DNA of 64,000 nucleotides from Erythrobacter sp. (GTDB lineage Bacteria > Pseudomonadota > Alphaproteobacteria > Sphingomonadales > Sphingomonadaceae): the NCBI GenBank assembly GCA_046294975.1, contig JBKBOH010000007.1:10250-74249 (forward strand), in the 5' to 3' direction. The notes under the pieces were generated by a model. That model ran no database searches. It saw only the letters and a list, made by a program, of their open reading frames with translations, and was not told where the DNA came from. The translations under genes and the position numbers were made by a program. Below, piece by piece: positions 9,619 to 18,394 of this stretch. The stretch's first letter is position 1. Each line of letters begins with the position of its first letter.

Positions 9619-10574
9619 TGCACCGCGCCTTTGCGGCACTGGCTCTGCTGGTGCCGACCGCGTGCGATGTGGCCGAACCGCCACGCGAGCAGGTGTCGCA
9701 GCTGGCGGTTGAGGCGGGCTGGCCGACGATCCCGTCGGACGTGAAGTTCGGCGAGGTCAGCGCGGTCGATGTCGATGGACAAGGCAATGTCTGGGTGCTC
9801 CACCGCGCCGGGCGCAAGTGGGAGGAACCTTTCCCTGCCACCCCGATCGCCGAAGATCCCGTGTTCAAGTTCGCACCCGACGGCACCTTGCTCGCCCGAT
9901 GGGGGGCGGGCCAGTTGATCATGCCGCACGGCCTCTCGATCGATGCGGACGGCAAGGTGTGGATCACCGACGCGGCGCGCGAACAGGTGCTGCGCTTCAG
10001 CCCCGATGGCCGGTTGGAACGCGCCCTCGGCGAACGCGGCGTCACCGCACAGGATGCGAGCCACTTCGGCCGCCCCGCCGATGTCGCCTTCCTCGATGGG
10101 CGGGTGCTGGTGGCGGATGGCTACGTCAACACCCGCGTGGCGGAGTTTTCGCCGCATGGGAAATTCATCCGCGACTGGGGCGCGTTCAACATCGCCCATG
10201 CGATCGCGGTGGACGCGACGCGCATCTACGTCGCCGACCGCGAGAATGCCCGCATCCAGATCTTCGACCATGCCGGAAAGCTGGTGGAGAGCCGCGTTTC
10301 GCCGGCGGGCAACCACACCTACGGCCTCAAGCCGCTCGCCGGCGGGCGGCTGCTCGCGGTCGAGGGGCGCGACGGGGCAAATCGCAAGGGTGCGGTGATC
10401 CGCCTCTATGCGGCGGACGGCGCGATCGAGGCATCTTACGACATCGGCCTGCCGGGCAAGGATGCCAGCCTCGGCCATGATCTCGCGCTTGGCCCCGATG
10501 GCCGGGTCTATGTCACCGATGTGGCGGGCGGGCGCGTGGTGCGCGTGAGCCTGCCCGCAAAGGCGGCACGATGA
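9618..10574 (+). CDS. NHL-repeat beta-propeller lipoprotein, peptidyl-alpha-hydroxyglycine alpha-amidating lyase (PAL)-like
   Basis: Lipobox-like VPTAC; NHL repeats MPHGLSID..GKVWITD, F.RPADVA, VADGYVN.RV, YVADREN.RIQ.F; TGATG overlap with the upstream gene. Confidence 0.75.
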   Translation: MHRAFAALALLVPTACDVAEPPREQVSQLAVEAGWPTIPSDVKFGEVSAVDVDGQGNVWVLHRAGRKWEEPFPATPIAEDPVFKFAPDGTLLARWGAGQLIMPHGLSIDADGKVWITDAAREQVLRFSPDGRLERALGERGVTAQDASHFGRPADVAFLDGRVLVADGYVNTRVAEFSPHGKFIRDWGAFNIAHAIAVDATRIYVADRENARIQIFDHAGKLVESRVSPAGNHTYGLKPLAGGRLLAVEGRDGANRKGAVIRLYAADGAIEASYDIGLPGKDASLGHDLALGPDGRVYVTDVAGGRVVRVSLPAKAAR

Positions 10575-10924
10575 CCGGTCTGCCCGCGCTGCTGCCTGTC
10601 GGCCTGCTCGCTGCCTCGGCGGTGGTGATGAACGTGGCGTGGTATTACCATCTCAGGCAGCCCTCGCTGGGGATGCTGGCAGCGATCGGGCTGGCCTGGG
10701 GGATCGCCTTGCTCGAATATTGCCTTGCGGTGCCCGCCAACCGGATCGGCATCGCGCACTATTCGCTGGCCGAGTTGAAGACCATGCAGGAAGGCCTATC
10801 TCTCGTGGCCTTCGTGCTGGTGGCCTGGGTGCTGTTCGGTCACACGCCCGGCCCCAGCCAGCTTGTCGGTTTCGCTCTCATTGCAGGAGGCGCATTAATG
10901 ATCTTCAAGAGCCCGCTCGGCTGA
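10571..10924 (+). CDS. Small DMT-superfamily membrane protein (DUF486-like)
   Basis: AWY.HL, WGIA.LEY.L.VPANRIG and LK.MQE motifs; four hydrophobic helices. Confidence 0.8.
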   Translation: MTGLPALLPVGLLAASAVVMNVAWYYHLRQPSLGMLAAIGLAWGIALLEYCLAVPANRIGIAHYSLAELKTMQEGLSLVAFVLVAWVLFGHTPGPSQLVGFALIAGGALMIFKSPLG

Positions 10925-12117
10925 TGCAGACCAAGGCCGGTGATCCGGGCGCCTTTGCCCATTTCGACCTGTCGCGCGTCGACAGCCCTGCCTTTGTGGT
11001 CGATGCCGCCAAGCTGCGCGCCAATTGCCGCGTGCTCGCCGGGGTGCGCGATGCCGCCGCAGCCGACGGGGCCAATATCAAGGTGTTCGCGGCCTTGAAG
11101 GCGTTCAGCATGTGGTCGGCCGCGCGGATCATCGGCGAATATCTCGACGGGGTTTCGACCAGCGGCCTGTGGGAAGCGCGGCTTGCCAGCGAATTCTACG
11201 ACGGCGAAATTGCGACCTATTCCGCCGCCTTCAAGCCCGAGGAGCTGGAGGAAATCTGCCGCCTTTCGGACCACGTGATCTTCAATTCGCCCTACCAGCA
11301 CAGCCGCGCGCGGTTGATCCTTGACGCTGCTGCTGCCAATGGCGCGCCGGTCAGCGTTGGCCTCAGGATCAATCCGCAGGTAGCCACCGGCGAGGTTGCC
11401 AAATACGATCCCTCCGCCCCCGGTTCGCGCCTCGGCTTCCCGCTCGACCAGCTGACCGAGGAACACATTGAAGGGATCGAAGGGATCCACTTCCACAACC
11501 TGTGCGAGCAGGATTTCGAGCCGCTCAAGGCCACCTGGGATCGCGTGTTCGACGCGATCGAGCCGTTTTTCGACCAGCTCAAGTGGATCAACATGGGCGG
11601 CGGCCACCACATCACCCGCTCCGATTACCAGCGCGAGGAGCTGATCGAATTCCTCAAGGATGCGGCCGAGGATACCGGCTGCGAGATCATCCTCGAACCG
11701 GGCGAGGCAGTGGCGCTGGATGCGGGCATTCTGGTCGGCACGCTGCTCGATACCCATTTCAACGAAATGCCGGTGGGGATCACCGATATTTCGGCCACCT
11801 GCCACATGCCCGATGTGCTGGAGGCGCCCTATCGTCCGGCGATGCTGGGCGAATTGCAGGACGAAAGCATGATCCCGATCCGGCTGGGCGGCCCGTCCTG
11901 CCTCGCGGGCGATGTGATCGGCGATTATCGCCTGCCGGTGCCGGCCGAACCGGGCGCGCGCTTTGCCTTTCTCGACCAGGCGCATTACTCGATGGTCAAG
12001 ACCAACACCTTCAACGGGGTCGCGCTGCCGAGCATCTGGCTGTGGGACAGCGAGACCGATACGCTCGACTGCATCAAGCGCTTCGACTACGAGGATTTCC
12101 GGGACCGTCTGAGCTGA
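10924..12117 (+). CDS. nspC: Carboxy(nor)spermidine decarboxylase
   Basis: ALKAFS, GIHFHNLCEQ, NMGGGHHIT, LEPGEA, CHMPDVLE, SCLAGD and HYSMVKT.TFNG motifs. Confidence 0.92.
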   Translation: MQTKAGDPGAFAHFDLSRVDSPAFVVDAAKLRANCRVLAGVRDAAAADGANIKVFAALKAFSMWSAARIIGEYLDGVSTSGLWEARLASEFYDGEIATYSAAFKPEELEEICRLSDHVIFNSPYQHSRARLILDAAAANGAPVSVGLRINPQVATGEVAKYDPSAPGSRLGFPLDQLTEEHIEGIEGIHFHNLCEQDFEPLKATWDRVFDAIEPFFDQLKWINMGGGHHITRSDYQREELIEFLKDAAEDTGCEIILEPGEAVALDAGILVGTLLDTHFNEMPVGITDISATCHMPDVLEAPYRPAMLGELQDESMIPIRLGGPSCLAGDVIGDYRLPVPAEPGARFAFLDQAHYSMVKTNTFNGVALPSIWLWDSETDTLDCIKRFDYEDFRDRLS

Positions 12118-12154
12118 TCCGGGATGCTCCCGGCAGTCATGTGTGGGAGGCTCC

Positions 12155-12682
12155 ATGAAGGTTGCAGGTGTGATGGTCGCGGGCGCGCTGGCGCTGGCGG
12201 GGCTGGCGGCTCCGGCAGCGGCGCAGGATTTCGTGGCGGACAAGGTGGTCAGGTCGGTTGGCAGGGCGGAGCTTTCCGCCGTGGTTGGCGCGCTCGGCCA
12301 TCAGGTGCTCGAACAGGGCGAGGGCGAGGAGATCGTGGTGCTCGCCGAAAACCCGGAGCAGCTCAAATATGTCCTGCTCGGCACGGCCTGCGACATGAAC
12401 GGCGTGGCGGGCTGTCAGGGGGTGCTGATGCAGGCGCAGTTCGATCTGCCGCCCGCCGCCACGTTCGAGACGGTTGCCAAGGCCAATCTCAATTACGCCG
12501 CGCTCAATGTGTGGGTCGATTTCGAGCAGAAGTCGCTGGGCTTCACCCGCTATGTCGTGCTCGATCAAGGCGTGACGATGGCCAATCTGCGCGCCAATGT
12601 CGAAGTGCTGCTGAGCCTGATCGGCGAGGCCTATCCGGTCGCCGCCGGAGAGGCCCCCGCGGAAACAGCCGCCGGAGGATAA
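12155..12682 (+). CDS. Secreted YbjN-domain protein
   Basis: Signal peptide (AAAQD); RYVVLDQGVTMANL motif typical of YbjN-like proteins. Confidence 0.65.
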   Translation: MKVAGVMVAGALALAGLAAPAAAQDFVADKVVRSVGRAELSAVVGALGHQVLEQGEGEEIVVLAENPEQLKYVLLGTACDMNGVAGCQGVLMQAQFDLPPAATFETVAKANLNYAALNVWVDFEQKSLGFTRYVVLDQGVTMANLRANVEVLLSLIGEAYPVAAGEAPAETAAGG

Positions 12683-12959
12683 CGCCCTTTCAAGGCCGCT
12701 TGTGCCCGGCCCGGTCCGGCGCGCGAATCTGCCCGGGCGGTGCGGTTCGCCGGCCTGCCCGCTTGGGGCGTGGCCGACTGCATCGGGCGCGACGACAACG
12801 TGAAGGGCACGGTTAAGCAAGGCCCGCGAATCGCGTTCTGGCCACCGCGCAAGGCTGGCTTGCGGGGTTCGAATCCTGTGAATTCCGTCACATTCCGGTC
12901 AATCCCCAGTCACTGTCTTCAAAAAGTAACATTTCGGCCCGCCCGCGCTCATTTTTTGT

Positions 12960-13076
12960 TTGCATTTCCCCCCCCAGGCCCTATCTGCGCCCTTCCGCTG
13001 CCCCAAGGGGACTTCCAAACCGCAAGGCAGCTTGTCGTTTTATGGTTCAACAGAGCCGTTTTGGGGGTCCCTTGAG
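12960..13076 (+). promoter_or_regulatory. Promoter and structured 5' leader of the ornithine decarboxylase gene
   Basis: TTGCAT(12960) and CTATCT(12981) promoter-like hexamers; 13004-13022 is complementary to 13057-13074, which contains the SD. Confidence 0.55.
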
Positions 13077-14282
13077 TTGCACATCTATCCTGACGCACGA
13101 GCTGTAGTCCGCGACCTTCGTCCGGATGAACCCGTCATCCTCAACCGCCCGCACGCCGCGCGGCGCGCTGCCCGTTTCTTCGTCGAGAAGTTTCCGGGCA
13201 AGGTGCTCTATGCGGTCAAGGCCAACCCGGCGCCCGATCTCATTCAGGTGCTGTGGAGCGCGGGCGTGACCCATTTCGATGTCGCCTCGATTGCCGAGGT
13301 GCGGCTGGTGCGCGGCCTGCTGCCTGAAGCCGTGCTGTGCTTCATGCATCCGGTGAAGACCCCGGCGGCGATCCGCGAGGCCTATTTCCAGCACGGTGTC
13401 CGCACCTTCAGCCTCGATTCGGCCGAGGAGCTGGAAAAGATCGTCGAGGCTTGCCGCCACCCCGAAACCGGCGAGGCAGCGCGCGACCTGCGCCTGTGCG
13501 TGCGGCTGCGCGTGTCGTCGGAATATTCGGAGCTGAGCCTCGCCAGCAAGTTCGGCTGCGATCTCGTCGAAGCGCCGGCGCTGCTGCAGGAAGCCCGCCA
13601 GCATTGCGACTGGCTGGGCGTGTGCTTCCACGTCGGCAGCCAGGCGATGACCCCGTTCGCCTTCGTGCAGGCGCTCGACCGCACCCGCGCCGCGATTGCC
13701 GAAGCCTCGGTGGTGATCGACATGATCGACGTGGGCGGGGGCTTCCCGAGCGCCTATCCGGGCCTCGAACCGCCGCCGATGGAAGATTATTTCGCGATCA
13801 TCGCGCGCCATTTCGAGGCCCTGCCGATCGCCTACAACGCCGAGCTGTGGTGCGAACCCGGCCGCGCGCTGTCGGCCGAATACAGCTCGATGATCGTGCG
13901 GGTGAACAAGCGCCGCGGCGAGGAGCTCTACATCAACGACGGCGCCTATGGCGCGCTCTACGATGCCGCCCACGTCGCGTGGCGCTTCCCGGTGAAGGCG
14001 CTTGAGGACGATCTGATCGAGGAAGACGCGGACTTCGCCTTTTACGGGCCGACCTGCGACGATGCCGATTACATGAAGGGGCCGTTCCGCCTGCCGGCCG
14101 ACATTCAGGCGGGCGACTACATCGAGATCGGCATGATCGGCGCCTATGGCGCGGCGATGAAGACCGGCTTCAACGGCTATGGCGCGGCGGCGGTTGTCAC
14201 CGTGGCCGACGAGCCGATGATGAGCCTGTTCAACGGCACCCGCGTGCGCGAGGCGAGCGACAACGTGGTGAGCCTGCGCTGA
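13077..14282 (+). CDS. Ornithine/lysine decarboxylase (type III PLP fold)
   Basis: YAVKANP, FDVAS, KFG, FHVGSQ, DVGGGF, EPGR and GPTCD motifs; TTG start inferred after GGGGGT SD. Confidence 0.9.
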   Translation: MHIYPDARAVVRDLRPDEPVILNRPHAARRAARFFVEKFPGKVLYAVKANPAPDLIQVLWSAGVTHFDVASIAEVRLVRGLLPEAVLCFMHPVKTPAAIREAYFQHGVRTFSLDSAEELEKIVEACRHPETGEAARDLRLCVRLRVSSEYSELSLASKFGCDLVEAPALLQEARQHCDWLGVCFHVGSQAMTPFAFVQALDRTRAAIAEASVVIDMIDVGGGFPSAYPGLEPPPMEDYFAIIARHFEALPIAYNAELWCEPGRALSAEYSSMIVRVNKRRGEELYINDGAYGALYDAAHVAWRFPVKALEDDLIEEDADFAFYGPTCDDADYMKGPFRLPADIQAGDYIEIGMIGAYGAAMKTGFNGYGAAAVVTVADEPMMSLFNGTRVREASDNVVSLR

Positions 14283-14340
14283 ACCACAGGGATGGGTGGA
14301 GCCTTGCGGTTCGCCCCGCTTGCCTCCATCCTCGCGGGTC

Positions 14341-14664
14341 ATGACCATCGCCTATTATGTTCTGGCCGCGCTGGCGGAGATTGCTGGCTGCTTTGCCTTC
14401 TGGCGCTGGGCGCGTGAAGGCGGCTCGCCGCTGTGGCTGCTTCCCGGGCTGGCGAGCCTCGTGCTTTTCGCGCTGCTGCTCACCCGTATTGACACAGGCC
14501 ATGCTGGTCGCGCCTATGCCGCTTATGGTGGGGTCTATATCGCTGCGAGCCTCGGCTGGCTGTGGGCGGTTGAGGGCGCAAGGCCCGATCGCTGGGATGT
14601 GTTGGGGGGCGCGGTGTGCCTTGCAGGCGCTGTCGTGATCCTGTGGGGGCCGCGGGCGGCCTAA
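14341..14664 (+). CDS. ynfA: YnfA (UPF0060) SMR-like membrane protein
   Basis: [18 protein letters not shown] and PDRWD motifs. Confidence 0.9.
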   Translation: MTIAYYVLAALAEIAGCFAFWRWAREGGSPLWLLPGLASLVLFALLLTRIDTGHAGRAYAAYGGVYIAASLGWLWAVEGARPDRWDVLGGAVCLAGAVVILWGPRAA

Positions 14665-15359
14665 TCGGCAAACCCCACGAAGCGCGCTGCCTCTGCCACG
14701 CTGCGGCGGGTGATCATCACGCGGTTGGCGGGAAAGTCCGGATCGGGCCAGCCCATTGCGACGGCCTTCATGATGACCTGATCGTCGGGGATGCCGGCGT
14801 GTTCGCGCACCACCGGGGATTGCATGATCCCTTGCGAGTTGATCACGCAGCCCAGCCCCTTGCTCCATGCCGCATTGACCAGCGCGGTGGCAACCGCGCC
14901 GCAATCGAAGGCGGTATCATCGCTTCCCGACAATTCGCGGTCATAGGTGATGATGACGCAAACGGGGGCGTCGAACTGGCGGAAGCCGCGCAGCACCCAG
15001 TCCTGCCGCGCCTCCTTGTCCTCGCGCGCGATCCCCATCGCCTCGAACAGCTGCACCGCGCAGGCCACCTGCCGTTCGCGGTGCACGCCCGCGAAGGGTT
15101 CGCCGCGCCGGAACTCGCGGCTGTCCGGCTCGCCGGCGAGGATGGCTTGCGTGTTGCCCTTGCGGATGCGGTCGAGCGGTTCGCCGGTGATGACGTGGAA
15201 GTGGTAGGGCTGGGTGTTCATCGATGAGGGCGAGCGCATCGCCAGCGTCAACACTTCCTCGATCAGCGCGCGCGGCACGGCACGATCGAGATAGCCGCGG
15301 ATGCTGCGCCGTCCGAGGACGACCTCGGCATAAGTCTGGTCAGGCGTGCCGCCCATCAT
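14661..15359 (-). CDS. Nitroreductase family protein
   Basis: [20 protein letters not shown] motifs. Confidence 0.88.
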   Translation of the reverse strand: MMGGTPDQTYAEVVLGRRSIRGYLDRAVPRALIEEVLTLAMRSPSSMNTQPYHFHVITGEPLDRIRKGNTQAILAGEPDSREFRRGEPFAGVHRERQVACAVQLFEAMGIAREDKEARQDWVLRGFRQFDAPVCVIITYDRELSGSDDTAFDCGAVATALVNAAWSKGLGCVINSQGIMQSPVVREHAGIPDDQVIMKAVAMGWPDPDFPANRVMITRRSVAEAARFVGFAD

Positions 15360-15439
15360 GTCTCTCCCGAATCTGTTTGGGGCAGAGTGCTAGCGCAGCC
15401 GGAGCGCCGCTCAAAGGACGCGCGGCGCGGCGAGGGCGA

Positions 15440-16660
15440 TCACGCCGCCTCGGCCAGCTCCAGATCCAGCCGATCCCAGATTTCCACCAGCGCCGCCGTC
15501 AGCTCGTCCATCATCGCTTCGGTGTGGAACGGGCCCGGCGTGAAACGCAGCCGTTCGGTGCCGCGCGGCACGGTGGGGAAGTTGATCGGCTGGACATAGG
15601 CCCCGTATTCGGCGAGCAGGATGTCGCTGATCGTCTTGGCGCGCACCGGATCGCCCACCATCAGCGGCACGATGTGCGTGACGCTGTTCATCACCGGCAG
15701 GCCCGCATCGGCAAACTTGCGCTTGAGCAGGGCTGCGGCGCGCTGCTGGGCGTCGCGCTCGACACTGCTCTGTTTCAGATGCCGCACCGAGGCCAGCACG
15801 CCTGCCACCAGCACCGGCGAGAGCGAAGTGGTGAAGATGAAGCCGGGCGCATAGGAACGGATGCAGTCCACGATCCTGGCCGAGGCCGCGATATAGCCGC
15901 CCATCACCCCGAAGGCCTTGCCCAGCGTGCCTTCGATGATGTCGATCCGGTGCGCCGCCCCGTCGCGCTCGGAAATCCCGCCGCCGCGCGCGCCATACAT
16001 GCCCACCGCATGGACCTCGTCGATATAGGTGAGCGCGTTGTATTTCTCGGCCAGGTCGCAGATCGCGTGGATCGGGGCGACATCGCCATCCATCGAATAG
16101 ACGCTTTCGAAGGCGATCAGCTTGGGCGTGGCCGGATCTTCGGCGGCGAGCAGTTCTTCGAGGTGGGCTGTGTCATTGTGGCGAAACACGCGCTTCTCGC
16201 AGCCCGAATTGCGGATGCCCGCGATCATGCTGGCGTGGTTCAATTCGTCGGAAAAGATGATGCAGCCGGGCAGCAGCTTGGCCAGCGTCGAGAGCGTCGC
16301 GTCGTTCGAGACATAGCCCGAGGTGAACAGCAGCGCGGCCTGCTTGCCGTGGAGATCGGCCAGTTCGGCTTCCAGCTCGACGTGCAGGTGGGTGTTGCCG
16401 CCGATATTGCGTGTGCCGCCGCTGCCTGCGCCGACATCGTGCAGCGCGGCTTCCATCGCGCCGATCACCTTTTCGTGCTGGCCCATGCACAGGTAGTCGT
16501 TCGAACACCACACGGTGATCGGCTTGGGACCATTGTGTCCGTGGAAACAGCGCGCGTTGGGATAGGCGCCCTTGTTCCGCATGATGTCGATGAAGACGCG
16601 GTAGCGGCCTTCCTCGCGCAGGCGGTCGATCGCGGAGTCGAAAATCTGATCGTAGTTCAC
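15440..16660 (-). CDS. hemA: 5-aminolevulinate synthase
   Basis: [55 protein letters not shown]. Confidence 0.96.
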   Translation of the reverse strand: MNYDQIFDSAIDRLREEGRYRVFIDIMRNKGAYPNARCFHGHNGPKPITVWCSNDYLCMGQHEKVIGAMEAALHDVGAGSGGTRNIGGNTHLHVELEAELADLHGKQAALLFTSGYVSNDATLSTLAKLLPGCIIFSDELNHASMIAGIRNSGCEKRVFRHNDTAHLEELLAAEDPATPKLIAFESVYSMDGDVAPIHAICDLAEKYNALTYIDEVHAVGMYGARGGGISERDGAAHRIDIIEGTLGKAFGVMGGYIAASARIVDCIRSYAPGFIFTTSLSPVLVAGVLASVRHLKQSSVERDAQQRAAALLKRKFADAGLPVMNSVTHIVPLMVGDPVRAKTISDILLAEYGAYVQPINFPTVPRGTERLRFTPGPFHTEAMMDELTAALVEIWDRLDLELAEAA

Positions 16661-16799
16661 GTCGCGCGTCTCTATAACTGGGGCGCGCCCCCTGTGCGCT
16701 GCCTCGGGTCCTGCCTGCTATATCCCCCCCAACATACGAAGCGGCGGATGGTTCGGATGGACATTTAAGCCGTGAGGGGGCGTTTTGCCACAACGATCT

Positions 16800-16816
16800 T
16801 TGCGAGCGTTTCGCAA
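16800..16816. promoter_or_regulatory. TTGCGA-N5-TCGCAA palindrome, Caulobacter-type Fur-box-like, upstream of hemA
   Basis: Perfect 6-5-6 inverted repeat about 140 bp upstream of the hemA start. Confidence 0.5.
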
Positions 16817-16819
16817 GCC

Positions 16820-17623
16820 TCAGAAGGCCTTGGCAGGCCCGAAACCACGGGCCGCCAGCGCTGCCTCAAGCCCGTGGGCACCGCGCAATGGCCCGGTGAT
16901 GACGAAACGGTCGGGGGCGCCTCCGCCGGCGAAGCTCTGCCCTTCGAGCAGCTGCACGATCCGCCGCGCGATGCCCTGCGCGCCGTCGACCTGCCGCACC
17001 CCGGGGCCGAACGCCGCCGCCAGTTCGCCGGAGAGCAGCGGGAAATGGGTGCAGGCCAGCACCAGCGTGTCAATCGCCGCGCCGCCGGGCATGGCCATCA
17101 GCCGGTCACGCACGTCCGCGATCACCGCCGGATCCACCGGCTGGCCGCGCAGCTTGGCCTCGGCGGCCGCGACCAGCCCCGGTGCGGCGATCCGCAGCAA
17201 TCGCTTGTCGGCGGCGAATTCGCGTTCGAGCTGGTCGACATAGGCCTGGCGGATGGTCGCATCCGTGCCAACGAGACCGATCGTGCCGGTCTGCGTCAGC
17301 GCGGCGGCGGGCTTGATCGCGGGGACGGTGCCGACCACCGGCACCTCCAGCACCTCGCGCACCATGCCAAGCGCGATCGTGCTGGCGGTGTTGCAGGCGA
17401 TGCAGACCAGCCGCGGCCGGAAGCGTTCGGCCATGCGCCCCAGCAGGCCGGCAACGCGCGCGGCAATCTGTGCCTCGCTCTTGGTGCCATAGGGCAGGCC
17501 CGCAAGATCGGCGGCGTAGATCACCGGCGCTTGCGGAAGCAGGCCGCGCAAGGCGTCATGAACCGTCAGCCCGCCAACGCCCGAATCGAACAGCAGGATC
17601 GGGGAGGATGGAGCGTCCGACAA
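16820..17623 (-). CDS. murI: Glutamate racemase
   Basis: FDSGVGGL, PYGTKS, IACNTAS, VLACTHFP; TTG start with GGAGG SD. Confidence 0.93.
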   Translation of the reverse strand: MSDAPSSPILLFDSGVGGLTVHDALRGLLPQAPVIYAADLAGLPYGTKSEAQIAARVAGLLGRMAERFRPRLVCIACNTASTIALGMVREVLEVPVVGTVPAIKPAAALTQTGTIGLVGTDATIRQAYVDQLEREFAADKRLLRIAAPGLVAAAEAKLRGQPVDPAVIADVRDRLMAMPGGAAIDTLVLACTHFPLLSGELAAAFGPGVRQVDGAQGIARRIVQLLEGQSFAGGGAPDRFVITGPLRGAHGLEAALAARGFGPAKAF

Positions 17624-17629
17624 AAAACC

Positions 17630-17661
17630 TCCGTTCGCCTTGAGCTTATCGAAGCCCTGTC
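17630..17661. repeat. Single arm of a REP-like palindrome family (CCGTTCG..GAGCTT.TCGAAG)
   Basis: TCCGTTCGCCTTGAGCTTATCGAAGCCCTGTC resembles both arms of the element at 36283-36378. Confidence 0.7.
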
Positions 17662-17754
17662 TTTCCTTTGGCTCTCTGCGCGCTAGAAGAAGTGCGGCCA
17701 TTGGGCAATGCCCGCGCTTGCGGGTCGCACGCTCGGGGCGAAGGGAGAATTGTC

Positions 17755-18339
17755 TTGAACATTGTTTTCGCGGCCTTGCTGGGCTTCCTCCTCGGCTCGA
17801 TCCCCTTCGGCCTTTTGTTGACCCGCGCGGCAGGGCTGGGGGACGTGCGCCAGATCGGCAGCGGCTCGATCGGGGCGACCAATGTGCTGCGTACTGGCAA
17901 CAAGGGGCTGGCGGCTGCCACGGTGCTGCTCGATGCGATGAAGGCGGTGATTCCGGTGCTTGTAGCACGCGCCTTCTGGCCCGGCGCCGAAGGCATCGCC
18001 GGCGTGGCGGCGGTGGCAGGGCACTGCTTTACCCCCTGGCTCAAGTTCAAGGGCGGCAAGGGCTTTGCCAGCGCCGCCGGCGCGCTCGGGGCGCTGGCCT
18101 TTCCGGCGTTTATCGTCTGCGCGATGATCTGGGCGGCGAGCCTTGCGATCAGCCGGATTTCGAGCGTCTCTTCGCTGGTGAGCGTGATCGCGGCGCCGCT
18201 GGTGGCGTGGGGCATGGGCTTCGCGCAGATCATCGCGCCGCTGATCGTCATCGCCGCGATCGTGATTGTCCAGCACCGCGCCAATATCGGGCGGCTGCTG
18301 CGGGGGGAGGAGCCGAAAGTCGGCTCGTCGAGGCCGTAG
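17755..18339 (+). CDS. plsY: Glycerol-3-phosphate acyltransferase
   Basis: GSIPFG, GSG.IGATNVLR, GH...WLKFKGGKG, H.ANI.RL. Confidence 0.93.
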   Translation: MNIVFAALLGFLLGSIPFGLLLTRAAGLGDVRQIGSGSIGATNVLRTGNKGLAAATVLLDAMKAVIPVLVARAFWPGAEGIAGVAAVAGHCFTPWLKFKGGKGFASAAGALGALAFPAFIVCAMIWAASLAISRISSVSSLVSVIAAPLVAWGMGFAQIIAPLIVIAAIVIVQHRANIGRLLRGEEPKVGSSRP

Positions 18340-18394
18340 TGCAGGGCCGCAGCTGATGAAGCACGTCTAGGGGGGCACAGGGGGGGCGCAGCCG

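Noticed and set aside
12862-12880. GGTTCGAATCC tRNA T-loop-like motif
   Set aside because: T stem is imperfect and no acceptor, D or anticodon arms can be built
13061-13079. CCT-TGA just before the ODC start, resembling an antizyme-type +1 frameshift site
   Set aside because: No credible start codon with SD in that frame within the predicted leader; the TTG at 13077 has its own SD, and polyamine-stimulated shifting would give positive feedback
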